Assembly: GCA_017417215.1 (NCBI GenBank)
Contig: JAFPZP010000062.1
Location: 11,604 to 75,603, forward strand
Direction of reading: 5' to 3'
Origin: Candidatus Rifleibacteriota bacterium
Lineage (GTDB): Bacteria; Muiribacteriota; Ozemobacteria; Ozemobacterales; Ozemobacteraceae
DNA length: 64,000 nucleotides
The notes under the pieces are model-generated. The model saw nothing but the letters and a program-made list of their open reading frames with translations. It had not been told where the DNA came from and did no database searches. Shown piece by piece: positions 45,602 through 55,406 of this stretch (within the stretch, counting starts at the first letter, position 1; each line of letters opens with the position of its first letter). The position numbers and the translations under genes are program-made.

Positions 45602-46474
45602 TCAATAACCTAAAACCAAAATTTCATTTTTTATTAAATCGTTTGGAATATAGTCTTCAAGAAACTTTTCTGCTTCTAAAAAACAAAAAGCAGCACCTGA
45701 TCTAGTGCAACATTCTTTCCAATATTGTCTATGTCGGTCAAAATTAGCTTTATATTCACTTATTAAGCTTTCATCACAAATAAGCTCTAAAGCTTCACCA
45801 GATTCCGAATCTATTACACGCATGTTCCCATAAATATTTGGATTAATATCTAAAGTTGAAACTAACTGTATTACAATCAGGGCAGCAGCACCATCACTTA
45901 AACGCTGCAATACCCCTAAAGGTTCCTGATTCCAGAACAAATCACTAATCAATATTCTAACAGCACCGCTTTTTAATTTTGGTGGAAAATCAATAATTGT
46001 TTTACCAGTATTATTTTTAGAATCTGCTTTAAAATCAGGCCATTTATCTATAGGAAGATTTGATGGTTCAACTTTCTGGCACATCTTTTTTATAAGCCAA
46101 CTATCACTAGTATACCCAGAATTATATGCTGATTTAATGAGAATTGCTATTATGGAAGTCAAAGCATCGAACTTTGCTTCGTTCAAATCCATCGAAGCCG
46201 AAAGATCAACCAATAAATCTATATGAGGTGTTATTTCTTCTCTGAATAGTTTTATTGCGAGCTTATCAGAACGAGCTACAGCACTCCAATCCAGATGACG
46301 AATATCGTCTCCTGGTTGATATTCTCTATGTTCAACAAATTCTAGAGACTGACCAGTCTTTGAACCATATTTACCGCCACCTTGAGAACCAGAGAATCGA
46401 GACGAAAGATTAAAACAAAATCTTTGTCCCGATAATTCGGCAGCTTCTAAATTTTTCTTATTTACCTTATTCAA
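45602..46474 (-). CDS. DUF58 protein (MoxR-associated, vWA-like fold)
   Basis: EHREYQPGDDIRHLDWSAVARSDKLAIKLFREE is the DUF58 signature. Followed by DLLVDLSASM. Confidence 0.85.
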   Translation of the reverse strand: MNKVNKKNLEAAELSGQRFCFNLSSRFSGSQGGGKYGSKTGQSLEFVEHREYQPGDDIRHLDWSAVARSDKLAIKLFREEITPHIDLLVDLSASMDLNEAKFDALTSIIAILIKSAYNSGYTSDSWLIKKMCQKVEPSNLPIDKWPDFKADSKNNTGKTIIDFPPKLKSGAVRILISDLFWNQEPLGVLQRLSDGAAALIVIQLVSTLDINPNIYGNMRVIDSESGEALELICDESLISEYKANFDRHRQYWKECCTRSGAAFCFLEAEKFLEDYIPNDLIKNEILVLGY

Positions 46475-46493
46475 AAGCTAAACTAACCCCTCA

Positions 46494-47954
46494 TTAATCT
46501 TCTGCGCCTTTATTAAAATAAGAAGTGAGCTGTTCAATAATAGATTTAATATTAAGCAAAACAGCGATACCAAATAAAATTACAGCTGCAATTAAAGGTA
46601 ATAGTCCTTCTCCTCTAGTACCATAAGTGAAAATAAAGAATGGATTGATTATACCGCAAACAATTCCTATAGGATTACGTCTTCCATCAAACATGTTATA
46701 GACAATAGTCGCTACAACTCCTGTAATTATGTAAGAAGCGAGGGCGAAGTTAAAATTACCTTTTCTATTACTAGCTTTAAGAATATTCTTGCGAATAAAG
46801 CTGGCAAAAAAGCCATGTGCATTAGCATGTAAAAATTGGGTTATAAAAACACAAAGGATAAATTCTCTATCAGAATGATAACCTATTTTATGAGTAATAT
46901 CACCAACAATTACTACCATTAAGGTTAGAATTGCAACAAATACATTCCAGGTAAAACCGTTAACAACACCGGTAAAAAATGGAAATTTGCTAATTTTATT
47001 AAATAAAGAATCAGGAATCTCTGAAAGAATTCTATTTGAATATACTTCAGGCTCTGTTTGATTATTAAAGGAGAATAGAATCAGTGCTATTAAAACACAA
47101 CTAGACCATACCACTACTACTTCAAAATTTACAAAAGAAGTAGCAAGTGTTCCAATCATCCAAATTATGGAAGCCCAAACTCTAAATGTATACATTTTGT
47201 TTGAAGTTTCTGGTTCAAGCTTAATTGATGATGCAGCAAAAAGCAGCCCAAAAACAACACAAACAATTACAAAAATAACTACTAAGGTAACTATTTCAGA
47301 ACTATCTCTCATAGAATAGCGATTCATAAAACTAGCGCCAAAAGAGACTGATGTAATCCATAAAACTAAATGAATAACACTTGCTACAACAGTATTAACG
47401 ACACCTGCAGAACCAGAGTCATTAAAATCACTAGTGTTACTCATTGCAACAAATATCTGAAAGATAACCCCAAGATTTGAAAATATATAAGAGAAAAATA
47501 CCACCAATAATAGTAATCTTACATCCACACCACCCATAAATAGGGTTAAAGATAAGAATGGAACAATAGCTGAATATAACATCAATATAATTACTGCCCC
47601 ACAAAGGAATTTTCCTTTTATTATAGAGCTAGGTGTCATTGTAGTTATATAAAGCAATTCATTTGTCGCATCTCCTATTTCTGCTGCGGTTTTCTTTCCT
47701 AAATTTATAGGCACTAAAAGACCACTGATAAAATAAAGAATAGCCAGCAAAAAAGAAGCCGTGGTTTCACCGTTATGGAAACCACCATACCGGTTTACTT
47801 CATTAAGAGAAAAGAATAAAACAAGACATATAAATAATAAAAATAGTAGAAAAATACTCCAGAAAAACTTTCCTCTAACTGTCTGACGTAATTCTTTTAC
47901 TAAAATTGCATTCAAAAAGTCATCAAATTGTTCTATATAATGATTATAATTCAT
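46494..47954 (-). CDS. Polytopic membrane protein, probable ABC-2-type permease partner of the adjacent ATPase
   Basis: 486 aa, about 10-12 hydrophobic helices. The start overlaps the ABC ATPase stop (ATGA). Confidence 0.65.
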   Translation of the reverse strand: MNYNHYIEQFDDFLNAILVKELRQTVRGKFFWSIFLLFLLFICLVLFFSLNEVNRYGGFHNGETTASFLLAILYFISGLLVPINLGKKTAAEIGDATNELLYITTMTPSSIIKGKFLCGAVIILMLYSAIVPFLSLTLFMGGVDVRLLLLVVFFSYIFSNLGVIFQIFVAMSNTSDFNDSGSAGVVNTVVASVIHLVLWITSVSFGASFMNRYSMRDSSEIVTLVVIFVIVCVVFGLLFAASSIKLEPETSNKMYTFRVWASIIWMIGTLATSFVNFEVVVVWSSCVLIALILFSFNNQTEPEVYSNRILSEIPDSLFNKISKFPFFTGVVNGFTWNVFVAILTLMVVIVGDITHKIGYHSDREFILCVFITQFLHANAHGFFASFIRKNILKASNRKGNFNFALASYIITGVVATIVYNMFDGRRNPIGIVCGIINPFFIFTYGTRGEGLLPLIAAVILFGIAVLLNIKSIIEQLTSYFNKGAED

Positions 47955-48886
47955 TGTACATCACCCTTTGTAATGTTCATGAAAACAGATTCAAGATTTT
48001 GTTGTTTAAATCCAAATGCCACAATATGGAAACCACCTTTAATAAGTACTGACAACAAATCCGCGGCCTGTTCATCTGATCCTTCATATTCAAATTCGAT
48101 ATCGTTACCCAAAACAGATATTTTGGAAACCAAAGGTTCAAGAATTAATTTTTTCGAAAGTTCTTCACTAGATTCAAGAGCCCTAATATGAATTACACGT
48201 TTATTAGAAGAAGTTACTTCTTTTACTACTTCTGAAATCTTACCAGATTTAAGTAATTCGCCTCTTTCTATAATAACTGTTGAAGTACAAATTTCTGATA
48301 GTTCGCTCAATATATGTGAGCTTATCAGAATTCCTTTTCCTTGTTCGCAAAGGATTTTAAGAAGTTCACGTAATTCAATTCTAGCTCTTGGATCAAGACC
48401 CGCTGCGGGTTCGTCCATAAGAATAAAATCAGGATCACTGATAAGAGCTCTAGCAATAGATACTCTTTGTTTCATACCCTTAGAAAGAGAATCTATATAT
48501 TTTTCTCTAATACCAACCAGATTAGTAAATTCTTCAAGTTGTGAAACTGTTTCTTGTCTCTTAGGAGTTTTAAGACCATAAGCTCTTGCAAAGAAATCTA
48601 AGTATTCATGAACAGTCATATCACTATTTGAAGGCAAAGAATCAGGAACGTATCCAATATGTTTTCTTGCTAATTCCGGATATTCAAGTAATGATCTTCC
48701 ATCTAATTCAACAAGCCCGTCAGTGCATTGTTCTATAGTAGCTAAAATTCTCATTGTAGTAGTCTTACCAGCACCATTTGGACCGACAAAACCAGTAATT
48801 TCACCAGTTTCAATGCTAAATGAAATATCATCAACAGCTAAACAGTTTTCAAATTGTTTTCTAAGATGCTTTACTGTTAATATCAT
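47951..48886 (-). CDS. ABC transporter ATP-binding protein (ABC-2/CcmA-like subfamily)
   Basis: Walker A GPNGAGKTT, signature LSKGMKQRV, Walker B ILMDEPAAGLD. Confidence 0.9.
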   Translation of the reverse strand: MILTVKHLRKQFENCLAVDDISFSIETGEITGFVGPNGAGKTTTMRILATIEQCTDGLVELDGRSLLEYPELARKHIGYVPDSLPSNSDMTVHEYLDFFARAYGLKTPKRQETVSQLEEFTNLVGIREKYIDSLSKGMKQRVSIARALISDPDFILMDEPAAGLDPRARIELRELLKILCEQGKGILISSHILSELSEICTSTVIIERGELLKSGKISEVVKEVTSSNKRVIHIRALESSEELSKKLILEPLVSKISVLGNDIEFEYEGSDEQAADLLSVLIKGGFHIVAFGFKQQNLESVFMNITKGDVQ

Positions 48887-50755
48887 TTAGGCACCTCCCT
48901 TTTTAGGCTTACCATAAACAAAGCAACCCATTTCTCTTATACTTGCTTTTCTATCAAAACTCTGTTTCAAGAACGGATCTGTTTTCAGATAGACAAAATA
49001 TTCTCCAGGTCTTAATTCCCTTTCTGCAAAAGTCCTGGAAGCAGATTTAATATCACTTACTTTTCTATAAGACTTGAAAAGAATATCATAATCTATTTCT
49101 TTATCAGAAGAACGTTTTATACTGCCTGCAGAAGAAAGTTTTCTTCTATCACCAGCTCTAATGTCTTTACCTTCATAAAAAGATTTTCCATCAACAGACT
49201 TATAATAAATCAAGCTTATATCGGCCCCAAGCCCATTAAGAATTTCAACTTCACTTCCAGATGTATTAATTTCAACTCTTGATCTATCCTGTTTAATAGA
49301 AACAACAGTATAATGAGATGGAGTCTTAGCTTTTATCCAGTTACTTCCAAATACTTGAGACTTACCAAGTGATATAGTTCTTAAGCCTGTAATATTACGA
49401 CTTCTCCCTCCTGTACTTGTTTTTACAATAGAAGTCAGAGGGAAGGACAAAGCATCGTTAATTGCTTTACCTGAAACAATTGATTCTCCACCATAAGTTA
49501 TAGATGTATTAGTGTTTTCATCAAGAAGAGTAAAAGACTGTCTATAAACATCTAATCTACCATATTCAAAGAAAAGGAAATAAAGAAATACAATAGAACA
49601 ACAAATTAGAGATGTGACTGGAACTGTCACAAAAATAAGAATTTTCTTATCATAATAGTTTAAATAAACAAAATTTAAAGGACCTATTAAAATAGCAAAA
49701 ACGAATACTAATAGCAGAATCAAAAACACTGAAGTCATTGCTTTATATTCACTATTAAAACAATCTTCAACTTTTATGGTATCGCTTTTCCTTCTACTAA
49801 TATCAAACTCTCTTAAAATATCACTGGGAACGTAAGTTCCTTTTATATTCTGAGTGTCATCTTTTTTTTCTTCCTTTTTATCTTTTCTACTACCATAACC
49901 ATAAGAAGAAGATGATGAAGAAGGAGGAGTAGAACGAACTTCTTTGAACAAATCCTTATTACAAACAAAAATTGAACCTAAGCCTACAGAATAAATATTT
50001 CTAACCCCTGATGTAACTTTATATTTTACACTCTTATAGCGTCCTCCCCAAAAATCAGAGGGAGGGGTAATATGACCCAGAATAACCAAATTTCCACCAG
50101 TTTTAACATAATCTATAATTGCAGATTTTACTAGGTCTGGCATTCTCTCGAAGGTATCATCATAAAAAATCAATGCAGCATATTGATAATAAGCAAACCA
50201 GTCTCGATCCATCATATCAAGGTTGCTTTCAAAATAACATAAGTGGAAATCATTACGTAATGAATAATCAAGACCAGGATCCTTGAATACTTTATCTGTA
50301 TCGTTTACAGTTAAACTCTTATCTACGAGAATGCTTTTAGCATAATAACCTCGATAACCAGAAGAACTTTTTGCTAGATTGATAGAATCAAATTCTTCTC
50401 CTTTTAAATAAAAATGAGCTGTCCCCTTATAACTCGAATCAAAAACAGGGAAGAATATTTTTTCGATTCGGTTTTCATTGCCAACTAATTCTACTTGCTT
50501 AGTAACTTCTAAATCTGAATAATTATTATCTACAGAAACAACTATATCTACAACCTGTTTCTGAGAAGTATTATTTTCAAGTTTAAAGCTATAAACATCA
50601 TAACCATTTTCACTACCAGAAGCAAAAGAAGGGAAAAAGTTTACACTAACTTCCTGCCCATCAGCCCAAAGAGGTGAATAGACACAAGATATTGCCATTA
50701 ATAAACAGACACAAATAATAAATGTATGCTTTTTCATTGTTTTTCCAGTTTTCAT
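48887..50755 (-). CDS. Membrane protein with an extracytoplasmic GATase1-like region, unknown function
   Basis: Signal peptide. YAALIFYDDTFERMPDLVKSAIIDYVKTGGNLVILG, as in DUF4159/DUF1355-type domains found in Bat-like loci. Two central TM helices. The start overlaps the moxR-like stop (ATGA). Confidence 0.55.
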   Translation of the reverse strand: MKTGKTMKKHTFIICVCLLMAISCVYSPLWADGQEVSVNFFPSFASGSENGYDVYSFKLENNTSQKQVVDIVVSVDNNYSDLEVTKQVELVGNENRIEKIFFPVFDSSYKGTAHFYLKGEEFDSINLAKSSSGYRGYYAKSILVDKSLTVNDTDKVFKDPGLDYSLRNDFHLCYFESNLDMMDRDWFAYYQYAALIFYDDTFERMPDLVKSAIIDYVKTGGNLVILGHITPPSDFWGGRYKSVKYKVTSGVRNIYSVGLGSIFVCNKDLFKEVRSTPPSSSSSSYGYGSRKDKKEEKKDDTQNIKGTYVPSDILREFDISRRKSDTIKVEDCFNSEYKAMTSVFLILLLVFVFAILIGPLNFVYLNYYDKKILIFVTVPVTSLICCSIVFLYFLFFEYGRLDVYRQSFTLLDENTNTSITYGGESIVSGKAINDALSFPLTSIVKTSTGGRSRNITGLRTISLGKSQVFGSNWIKAKTPSHYTVVSIKQDRSRVEINTSGSEVEILNGLGADISLIYYKSVDGKSFYEGKDIRAGDRRKLSSAGSIKRSSDKEIDYDILFKSYRKVSDIKSASRTFAERELRPGEYFVYLKTDPFLKQSFDRKASIREMGCFVYGKPKKGGA

Positions 50756-51765
50756 TCCAAAATAGTATCTTGAACTGTATTCAAAATTTTCTTAAGTAAC
50801 AATTCAGAAGTCAAAGATTCAAATCTAGCTTTATAATTCAATAAAATTCTATGATTTAAAGCGGGTATAAATACCTTTTTAACATCTTCAAATCCAACAC
50901 TAGGCCTACCTTCAATCAAAGCTATTGCTCTAGCAGCTTCAGCCACAGCTATTGCAGCTCTGGGAGAAGCTCCGTATTGAACGAATTCTTTAACATCTTT
51001 TATAGAAGAAGAATTTGATGGAGAAGTTGCACAAACCAATCTTGCGATATAGTCTGCAACAGCATTTGGCAAATAAATGTTATCCATGATATCAAAGAGT
51101 TCTTTTAATTCAGCTTCAGAAAAACTAAATTCTGTTTTGGGCGGTTCCCCTCTACGTCTAGAAGAAATAATTGTTTTCAAAGTATCTACGTCTGCATTCT
51201 TAACTTCTAATTTGAAAAGGAAACGGTCTAATTGTGCTTCTGGCAAAGCATATGTTCCTTCTAATTCTATTGGGTTTTGTGAAGCAAGAACAAAGAAAGG
51301 ATCAGGTAATTTTCTTGTCGTTCCCATAAGGGTTACAGATCTTTCCTGCATCGCTTCAAGAAGAGCAGACTGAGTTTTGGGAGAAGCTCTATTAATTTCA
51401 TCAGCAAGTAAAATATTAGTAAAAATAGGACCTGGTTGAAACGTCATCTGTCTAGACCCATCTTCGCTTTGCTGAAGAATATGGGCACCTAAAATATCAC
51501 CTGGCATCAAATCTGGAGTAAACTGAACTCGACTGAATTGAAGTCCGAATAGTTCTCCAAGAGTTTTTATCAAAGCGGTTTTACCTACTCCAGGAAGACC
51601 TTCAAGCAAAATATGACCTTTACTTAAGATGCCAGTAACAACAAGTTTATGAAGCTCTGGTCTACCAACTAAAATACGATTTAATTCATTCATTATTTTA
51701 GCTATATTTTTTGAAGCTCTTTCAACAACCATCTTATCTGGCAATTTTACTTCTTTTAAGGTCAT
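50752..51765 (-). CDS. MoxR-family AAA+ ATPase
   Basis: HILLEGLPGVGKTALIKTLGELFGLQFSRVQFTPDLMPGDILG, ILLADEINRASPKTQSALLEAMQE and a C-terminal lid are typical of MoxR (AAA_3). Confidence 0.9.
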   Translation of the reverse strand: MTLKEVKLPDKMVVERASKNIAKIMNELNRILVGRPELHKLVVTGILSKGHILLEGLPGVGKTALIKTLGELFGLQFSRVQFTPDLMPGDILGAHILQQSEDGSRQMTFQPGPIFTNILLADEINRASPKTQSALLEAMQERSVTLMGTTRKLPDPFFVLASQNPIELEGTYALPEAQLDRFLFKLEVKNADVDTLKTIISSRRRGEPPKTEFSFSEAELKELFDIMDNIYLPNAVADYIARLVCATSPSNSSSIKDVKEFVQYGASPRAAIAVAEAARAIALIEGRPSVGFEDVKKVFIPALNHRILLNYKARFESLTSELLLKKILNTVQDTILE

Positions 51766-51793
51766 ATAAAACTCCCATTTTCTTATTTAATTC

Positions 51794-53527
51794 TTACTGA
51801 TTAAAATAGTTTTTAACAGCATTTCTATGTTTTGGCAATATATTCTTTTTATTCAAAGAATTATCTACTTTTTTTGGCGATTTAATATTTGTTGGAGTAT
51901 AGTCCTCTTTTTCTTTATTAATCATAGGATCAGCAACACCTATTCCTATAACAGAAGCTCCTAAAGCAGATTCTGGATTTACAGAAGGTAAAGTTTCATC
52001 ATGGTATTTTGCATTATGATCTGAAGCCTTATCTCCGAAAGTCATAGGAGTCTGACCACCACCTCTGCTAATTCCACCTACTCCATTGTTAGAGCCACCT
52101 TCCTGACCGGATTGACCACCTTCTTGACTAGATTGGCCACCTCCTTGGCTAGATTGTCCGCCTTCTTGGCCGGATTGTCCGCCTTTCTGGCCGGATTGTC
52201 CACCTTCTTGACCAGATTGTCCGCCTTCCTGGCCGGATTGTCCGCCTTCCTGGCCAGGTTGTCCGCCTTCTTGGCCAGATTGTCCGCCTTCCTGAACGGA
52301 TTGGCTACCTTCTTGTCCAGACTGTTTACCATCCTGACCAGATTGGCTACCTTCCTGACCAGACTCTTTCCCTTCTTGGCCAGACTGTTTACTTTCCTGT
52401 TTTGGCTGATTTCCATTATCTTTACCAACTTCAAAAAAGCCGTTTTCACCGTTACCAGAATCACTATTTTCAGATTCTTTTGAATCCAAACTTTGTTTAA
52501 TCTTTTCAGCAGTGGCTTCATCAACCAGATTTTTATCCAAAAGCTTATCCGCTAATTCAGAGGAATCAAGCTTTTTTTGATTAATATTGTTGCTTAGATT
52601 CTTTGATACATTACTAATCTGCTGTTTACTAAGCCCAGAATTTGAATCAATTCCCAATTGCTGTTTCAAAAAGTCATTGATTTGAGCCTCATTCATTCCC
52701 ATCTGTCTTAATTGATTTTTCAGCTTTTCTAATTCTTCATTAAACATTTTAGAATCAGCTTCTTTTTGTTTTGCTTTATGAACAAAATCTTCCAGTTTAT
52801 GTAAGGTTTCTATATCTTTTATACGTTTTTTTAAATCTTCAGAAACTTCATATTTAAGCTTTTCACTCATTTGATCTAAAGCTTCAAATGTTATGCCAGG
52901 TGCTTCTTTATCAGAATTTTTGACTATATTATCAAGTGAGTTTTCTAAAACTTCCCGTTCTTCACTTGTAATGATATCCTCTTGGGCTAATAAATCTATC
53001 TGATCTCTTATTTCTGTAACCTTTTTAGAAAGATTAATCTTCCTTCCACCAATTTTATTAAAATTGAGCAAAGGCACATGAAAACTTCCCCAAACAAAAA
53101 GCAAAGCAATAATTAGAATACCAAACAATTTCTTAAAATCTTGTAAATAATCTATTTGGGGAATTTCAAATTTAGTTTTTCTATAAATTTTCCAGCTTCT
53201 ATTGCCTGTTTCATGTTCGGTCATCAACAAGCCACCAGCTTTATTATAAGCATCTATAGAAGCAATACAATTATCCTCTGAAAGTCGATTCTTATATGCA
53301 TAATCAACTCCATAAACAATAGCAAGAGGAAAACCAAATAAAAACATGGATAATAATGGTGAATTAAAATGAAACATTCTGAATAACAAAACTACGATTC
53401 CGACAAAGAAACACCAATATACCAGAAAACGTATTACAGATATCAAACATACCTGCATAAAACAAGTGTTTCTTACTATTGATACTGCGTCTTCGGCAGA
53501 ATACAAAGTTTTATCATTAAAACTCAA
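51794..53527 (-). CDS. Membrane protein with coiled coil and about 12 GGQSGQEG repeats
   Basis: TTG start with GAAGGTGA upstream. Three N-terminal TM helices, a K/E-rich coiled coil, and an octapeptide repeat region encoded by 24-bp tandem repeats. Confidence 0.65.
   Translation of the reverse strand: MSFNDKTLYSAEDAVSIVRNTCFMQVCLISVIRFLVYWCFFVGIVVLLFRMFHFNSPLLSMFLFGFPLAIVYGVDYAYKNRLSEDNCIASIDAYNKAGGLLMTEHETGNRSWKIYRKTKFEIPQIDYLQDFKKLFGILIIALLFVWGSFHVPLLNFNKIGGRKINLSKKVTEIRDQIDLLAQEDIITSEEREVLENSLDNIVKNSDKEAPGITFEALDQMSEKLKYEVSEDLKKRIKDIETLHKLEDFVHKAKQKEADSKMFNEELEKLKNQLRQMGMNEAQINDFLKQQLGIDSNSGLSKQQISNVSKNLSNNINQKKLDSSELADKLLDKNLVDEATAEKIKQSLDSKESENSDSGNGENGFFEVGKDNGNQPKQESKQSGQEGKESGQEGSQSGQDGKQSGQEGSQSVQEGGQSGQEGGQPGQEGGQSGQEGGQSGQEGGQSGQKGGQSGQEGGQSSQGGGQSSQEGGQSGQEGGSNNGVGGISRGGGQTPMTFGDKASDHNAKYHDETLPSVNPESALGASVIGIGVADPMINKEKEDYTPTNIKSPKKVDNSLNKKNILPKHRNAVKNYFNQ
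52094..52395 (-). repeat. In-frame 24-bp tandem repeat (about 12 units) encoding GGQSGQEG
   Basis: Near-identical units such as ccttcctggccggattgtccgcc recur with a 24-nt period. All three frames on both strands are open across it, which explains the spurious ORFs 52078..52524 and 52112..52483. Confidence 0.85.
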
Positions 53528-53560
53528 ACAAAATCACCTTCTAATTATCTTTATTTTTCC

Positions 53561-53602
53561 TTCCCTCTTCCCTCTTCCCTCTTATATCTTATATCTTATA
53601 TC
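53561..53602 (-). repeat. Heptad microrepeat (TTCCCTC)x3 + (TTATATC)x3; on the coding strand TAA-GATATAA-GATATAA-GAGGGAA-GAGGGAA-GAGGGAA
   Basis: Read directly. It starts inside the last codons and stop of 53596..54126 and fills most of the 68-nt gap before the TTG start of 51794..53527. Confidence 0.85.
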
Positions 53603-54126
53603 TTCGTATTAGCCACATCAGATGCCATACGGAAACCAATAGGCTTAGAAGCATCTTCAGGAGACTGCAGGAAATTCTTTAAACGTTGCAAAAGATTCTT
53701 TTCGGCTTCTTTGAAAAGATAATCACAAAAATCTTTTATTCCTTCAGGAGTATTTTTAAAATCCTTATTGTCATCAACATTAAAAGTTATTTTTGAACCG
53801 GTCTTTTTAAAAACGATTAAGAAAGTAAAGAATTTTTCTTCTAAGGATCTGCCATTAACATTTATGGCAAAACCTATAGCCGCAGTTCCATTTTCACCAA
53901 ATTCAGTATCAAATTCATCTCCATGAAGATGACTGCCTTCAGGAACAAAACCAGTACTCGGAGGAAACATAAATACTTTTGTTTCAGGACAACCCAAGCT
54001 TTCTACTATTGAATTCTTGAGTTCGTGAACAAAATCTCTACATTCCTGCTGATAGTTTTTGCATTCTTTGATACCAATATCAAAAGCTTCACATAATTTT
54101 TTATATCTGTTTTCTCTTCTTGCCAT
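53596..54126 (-). CDS. Hypothetical cytoplasmic protein
   Basis: 176 aa, no signal peptide or TM. AAGGGTAA upstream of the ATG. Family not recognised. Confidence 0.55.
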   Translation of the reverse strand: MARRENRYKKLCEAFDIGIKECKNYQQECRDFVHELKNSIVESLGCPETKVFMFPPSTGFVPEGSHLHGDEFDTEFGENGTAAIGFAINVNGRSLEEKFFTFLIVFKKTGSKITFNVDDNKDFKNTPEGIKDFCDYLFKEAEKNLLQRLKNFLQSPEDASKPIGFRMASDVANTKI

Positions 54127-54184
54127 TTCTAATTACCCTTCTTTATAAAATAGTGTAGAAACCCAATAACATACAGTTTTTTAA

Positions 54185-54784
54185 TTAATGGAAAATCCTA
54201 AGTGGTTCAGGATCTTTACGACGCGGTCTTCTTGTTTTATTGTAAGTTCCTGTAATAACACCACTATTAGCAGGATTGTTTCCTGTATTCCTTCGTTCTT
54301 TTTTGGTAGGAACTACAATAGTCTTTTTCTTTTCAACAGAAAAATCTTCTTCTTCAGGCGGTTCAGTGGTTTCAAACTCTAGTATTTCTTCTAAGGTTCT
54401 TGGAGAATTTAACTCATCAAGTTGTTCCCAACCTGCTTGAGCAAACCAATTTGTTAATCTCTGGTCTTCATAAAAGCCTTCATCTATTGAATCGCCCCAA
54501 TAATAACCTTTTGCCAGTTTAATATTGCCAGTTACTTCTGCAATAACACCTAACCTGTAAAAAGCCCATGTAGTCTTTTCTCTATCGATGACAGACCTTT
54601 TGCTTTCGTTGGAATATATAATAGAATAATAATTCTGAGCTTTTTTATAATCCTTAGCTCTTAGAGCTTCTTCCGCTTTTTTTCTATAGAAATTATAACT
54701 GTATCTTGAACTGCAACAACCATTTATTAAAAATAAAAAAGAAAGGAATAGAACAAATGAATAAGTTTTATAATTATTATTCAT
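54185..54784 (-). CDS. Lipoprotein with TPR-like helices
   Basis: Lipobox LINGC. EEALRAKDYKKAQNYYSIIY is TPR-like. AAGGAGA upstream of the ATG. Confidence 0.6.
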   Translation of the reverse strand: MNNNYKTYSFVLFLSFLFLINGCCSSRYSYNFYRKKAEEALRAKDYKKAQNYYSIIYSNESKRSVIDREKTTWAFYRLGVIAEVTGNIKLAKGYYWGDSIDEGFYEDQRLTNWFAQAGWEQLDELNSPRTLEEILEFETTEPPEEEDFSVEKKKTIVVPTKKERRNTGNNPANSGVITGTYNKTRRPRRKDPEPLRIFH

Positions 54785-54824
54785 TTTTCGTCTCCTTTCT
54801 TAATCTAATAAAAATGCTTAAAAA

Positions 54825-55406
54825 TCAGTTTTCTACAGTTGGAACCCAGTACTCATCAGCCCCATTACCATAGGGTGGATAAATAGAGGCTGACCAATTA
54901 TATTCATCAGAACCTGCAGTAGTTTTATTTGGGTCTTTCATTGTTATATTAATATCAAAGCTATTATTTTCATCATTCTGTGTAATGCTCATATCTGTCA
55001 TATATTCATCCCCAAAAGACTGTTTATTACTGTCAGACAGACTAAAAGCAGTTCCTGAGTTAGAACTGACAAATTTTCTTATTAAATTTTTTTTACTTCC
55101 CTTTTTTTCAATAGAGTAAATTGCTGTTCCACCATCAATAATAATTTTTAACTCAGTTCCACCAGACCAGGTTTTACCATCATCTGAACCTAAATCTATT
55201 TTATTGATAGAACGAGAAATATCATCCCTCAACTTTGTAACAATCCAAAATGCCTGATTAGCAGCCAAAGCATTAAAACTTCCTCTTTGAACATTAGATG
55301 CCCCTCTGCTTACCATTGTTATAATTACGCCTAAAATAGCAGAAACTATAGCAAAAGCTATAAGCAATTCCATAAGTGTAAAAGCTTTTTTTCTAGTTAT
55401 TCGCAC
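54825..55406 (-). CDS. Pseudopilin / type IV pilin-like protein (prepilin-type N-terminal methylation motif)
   Basis: RKKA-FTLMELLIAFAIVSAILGVII has Phe+1, Glu+5 and a hydrophobic helix. 193 aa. Confidence 0.8.
   Translation of the reverse strand: MRITRKKAFTLMELLIAFAIVSAILGVIITMVSRGASNVQRGSFNALAANQAFWIVTKLRDDISRSINKIDLGSDDGKTWSGGTELKIIIDGGTAIYSIEKKGSKKNLIRKFVSSNSGTAFSLSDSNKQSFGDEYMTDMSITQNDENNSFDINITMKDPNKTTAGSDEYNWSASIYPPYGNGADEYWVPTVEN

Noticed and set aside
52078-52524. Alternative-frame and antisense ORFs across the 24-bp repeat (52078..52524 minus, 52112..52483 plus); also considered as a possible CRISPR-like array
   Set aside because: They are by-products of a repeat that lacks stops in all frames. 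The repeat has a 24-nt period with no unique spacers and lies in frame inside a 577-aa gene, so it is not a CRISPR array.
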